DNA of 64,000 bases, from the NCBI GenBank assembly GCA_040218735.1, contig JAVJQW010000046.1:288001-352000 (forward strand). Direction: 5' to 3'. The DNA is from Deltaproteobacteria bacterium. Its GTDB lineage: Bacteria; Myxococcota; Kuafuiibacteriia; Kuafuiibacteriales; Kuafuiibacteriaceae. The translations under genes were made by a program, and so were the position numbers. The notes beneath the pieces are model-generated. The model ran no database searches. It saw only the letters and a list, made by a program, of their open reading frames with translations, and was not told where the DNA came from. This document shows, one piece after another, positions 61,768 through 64,000 of this stretch; within the stretch, counting starts at the first letter, position 1, and each line of letters opens with the position of its first letter.

Positions 61768-62541
61768 ATGAGCACGTCGAGAGGGGCCGCCGTCGTGACG
61801 GGCGCAGGCCGTGGGATCGGGCGATCGATCGCCCTGAAGCTGGCCGAGGCCGGATACCCGGTCGCGGTACAGTCGCGGACCGCGTCGGATCTGGAAGACG
61901 TGGTGTCCGCGATCGAATCGACCGGCGGTCAGGCCATCGCCGTGGCCGGCGACGTCACCCAGCAGGAGGCCGCCGAGGCCCTGCTCGCGGGCGCCGAGGC
62001 GGCGTTCGGGCGCGTGGAGGTCGCGGTGCCGTGCGCGGGGCAGGCGTTCTCCGCGCCGCTCGCGAAGACGGACGCGGACGGGTTTCGACGCCTCTTCGAG
62101 GTGAACACGATGAGTGTCTTCTTCCTCGTGCAGCGCGCGGCGCAGGCGATGAAGGCCGAGGGCGGGCGGATCGTCGTCGTCGCGTCGACGGCGGCGGTGG
62201 CCGGGATGGCCTACACCAGCGCGTACTCGGCGACGAAACACGCCGTGCTCGGGTTGGTGCGGTCCGCGGCGTTGGAGCTCGCGCGGCACCGCATCACGGT
62301 CAACGCGCTGTGCCCGGGGTGGGTCGACACCGAGATGTTCGAGAAGACGTTGGCGAACATCGCGGAGAAGACCGGCTGCACGATCGCCGAGGCGCGCGCG
62401 ACGTTGGAGGGCCGGATTCCGATCGGGAGCGCATTGACCCCCGATGAAGTGGCGGCGATGGCTGTTCACCTCGCGTCGGAGGCTTCGGCGCGGCTGACGG
62501 GCCAGGCGATCGTCCTGGACGGAGGGGAGACCATCGCATGA
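61768..62541 (+). CDS. Short-chain dehydrogenase/reductase
   Basis: TGAGRGIG, VASTA, YSATK, VNALCPGWVDT. Confidence 0.93.
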   Translation: MSTSRGAAVVTGAGRGIGRSIALKLAEAGYPVAVQSRTASDLEDVVSAIESTGGQAIAVAGDVTQQEAAEALLAGAEAAFGRVEVAVPCAGQAFSAPLAKTDADGFRRLFEVNTMSVFFLVQRAAQAMKAEGGRIVVVASTAAVAGMAYTSAYSATKHAVLGLVRSAALELARHRITVNALCPGWVDTEMFEKTLANIAEKTGCTIAEARATLEGRIPIGSALTPDEVAAMAVHLASEASARLTGQAIVLDGGETIA

Positions 62542-62951
62542 GTCGTCACGAGATCATCAACCCGGAGTCGCTCGGCGCGCCGCGCGGGTACAGCAACGGG
62601 ATCCTCGCCGCACCGGGGCGGTTGTTGTTCGTGGCCGGGCAGATCGCCTGGGACGGTGAGCAGAAGCTGGTGTCGGACGACTTCGCGACGCAGTTCGGTC
62701 AGGCGCTCGCGAACGTGGTCGCCGTCGTGAAGGCGGCGGGCGGGACGGTCGAGGACCTGTGCCGGCTGACCGTCTACGTGACCGACAAGCAAGCGTACAT
62801 CGCGGGGATCAAACAGATCGGCGCGCGGTACCGCGAGCTGATGGGACGGCACTACCCGACGATGGCGCTCGTCGAGGTCGCGGACCTCCTCGAAGAGGGC
62901 GCGCAGGTGGAGATCGAGGGGACGGCGGTCGTCCCGACGGAGGCGACATGA
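62538..62951 (+). CDS. RidA/YjgF family protein
   Basis: PRGYSNG, FVAGQI, HYP.MALVEV..L.E....VEIE; ATGA overlap. Confidence 0.92.
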   Translation: MSRHEIINPESLGAPRGYSNGILAAPGRLLFVAGQIAWDGEQKLVSDDFATQFGQALANVVAVVKAAGGTVEDLCRLTVYVTDKQAYIAGIKQIGARYRELMGRHYPTMALVEVADLLEEGAQVEIEGTAVVPTEAT

Positions 62952-63751
62952 ACAAGACGATCGTAGACGGCCTCGACTTCGAGGTGAGCGAGGGGATCGG
63001 CACGTTGACGCTGTCGCGCCCCGACCGGCTCAACAGCCTGACGTTCGAGATGTACCGCGCGCTCGTGAATTTCTTCGCGGACGTTCAGCACGACGACGAC
63101 GTGAAGGTCCTCATCGTGACGGGGACCGGGCGTGGGTTCTGCTCGGGCGGCGACGTGCACGACATCATCGGCAAGCTCGTCTCGTACGGGCCGAAGGACA
63201 TGCTCGGCTTCGCGCGTATGACCGGCGACGTCATCCGGAACATGCGTCGGCTGAAGAAGCCGATCGTCGCGGCGATCAACGGGACCGCGGCGGGAGCGGG
63301 TGCGGTGATCGCGCTGGCTTCGGACATCCGGATCGGATCGGACCAGTCGAAGATCGCGTTTCTGTTCTCGAAGGTCGGCCTCACCGGCGCCGACATGGGC
63401 GCGGCGTATCTGCTGCCACGGGTGATCGGTATGGGGCGCGCTTCGGAGCTGTTGTTCCTCGGTGACTCCGTGCCGGCGGCGAAGGCGAATGAGATCGGGT
63501 TGTTCAACGACGTCGTGCCGCACGACGAGCTGATGACCAAGGCTCGGGAAGTGGCGGGGCGGCTGGCGGCGGGGCCGACGTTCTCGCACGGGATCACGAA
63601 GGACCTCATCAACAACGGGATGTCGATGGATCTGGACTCGGCGCTCGACGCGGAGGCGCGCGCGCAGACGATCTGCATGCTCGCGGACGACTTCAAGGAG
63701 TTCCACGCTTCGTTCGTCGACAAGCGCAAGCCCGAGTTCAAGGGGAGCTGA
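62948..63751 (+). CDS. Enoyl-CoA hydratase/isomerase family
   Basis: RPDRLNSL, FCSGGD, KPIVAAING.AAGAG, ASDIR, VGL.GADMG; ATGA overlap. Confidence 0.93.
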   Translation: MNKTIVDGLDFEVSEGIGTLTLSRPDRLNSLTFEMYRALVNFFADVQHDDDVKVLIVTGTGRGFCSGGDVHDIIGKLVSYGPKDMLGFARMTGDVIRNMRRLKKPIVAAINGTAAGAGAVIALASDIRIGSDQSKIAFLFSKVGLTGADMGAAYLLPRVIGMGRASELLFLGDSVPAAKANEIGLFNDVVPHDELMTKAREVAGRLAAGPTFSHGITKDLINNGMSMDLDSALDAEARAQTICMLADDFKEFHASFVDKRKPEFKGS

Positions 63752-63755
63752 GACC

Positions 63756-64000
63756 ATGGAGAAGCGAGCGATCGCGGAGGCGGCGCGCATCGATTTGGAC
63801 GCGCGCTTGGTGGAGCTCGAAGCGAAGGCACGCGCCGTGGTGGACGAAGCGATCCGCCCGCGCGAGGAGGACGAGTCCGACGACGCCGCGTTCGCGATGA
63901 CGAAGGCGTTGGGCGACGCGGGGCTGTTGGCGTCGTGCACGGCGCTCGACGTGCCGGCGATCTGCGTGCTGCGCGAGGTGGTCGCGTCGTCGAGCGGGCT
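63756..64000 (+). CDS. Probable acyl-CoA dehydrogenase (N-terminal fragment, truncated by the window end)
   Basis: Manual translation MEKRAIAEAARIDLD...ALGDAGLL...DVPAICVLRE.VA..SG matches the ACAD N-domain pattern; operon context. Confidence 0.7.
   Translation, partial: MEKRAIAEAARIDLDARLVELEAKARAVVDEAIRPREEDESDDAAFAMTKALGDAGLLASCTALDVPAICVLREVVASSSG

Overview
A gene-dense, very GC-rich bacterial window with about 49 CDS. It looks like Myxococcota/deltaproteobacteria: Myxococcus-type Cys-rich repeats, a MYXO-CTERM-like tail, a TraB-like OmpA protein, an FHA-sigma54 activator and an MXAN_6521-like lipoprotein. Housekeeping genes (glmU-glmS, dusB-fdx, serA-like, lptE-like) are interleaved with secreted or surface proteins and an abm-like CoA-ester catabolic operon that runs off the right edge. 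No rRNA, tRNA, CRISPR array or mobile element could be supported. The standout is a tightly coupled minus-strand operon at 32940-41824. It encodes an ACP-[FabL-like SDR] fusion, an ACP-less type I PKS/FAS with the unusual order hotdog-TE / AT / KS / degenerate KS (CLF-like) / KR / DH, and two membrane desaturases. The hotdog domain resembles enediyne thioesterases. This is a candidate undescribed unsaturated-lipid or polyene synthase. Other items of note are an orphan PilY1 with a CUB-like insertion, a standalone Apea-like HEPN gene, a RedB-like CxC protein paired with a membrane HPt-HATPase kinase, and motif-degenerate PPK2 and enolase-superfamily proteins. All family assignments come from motif recognition by eye; no searches were run.
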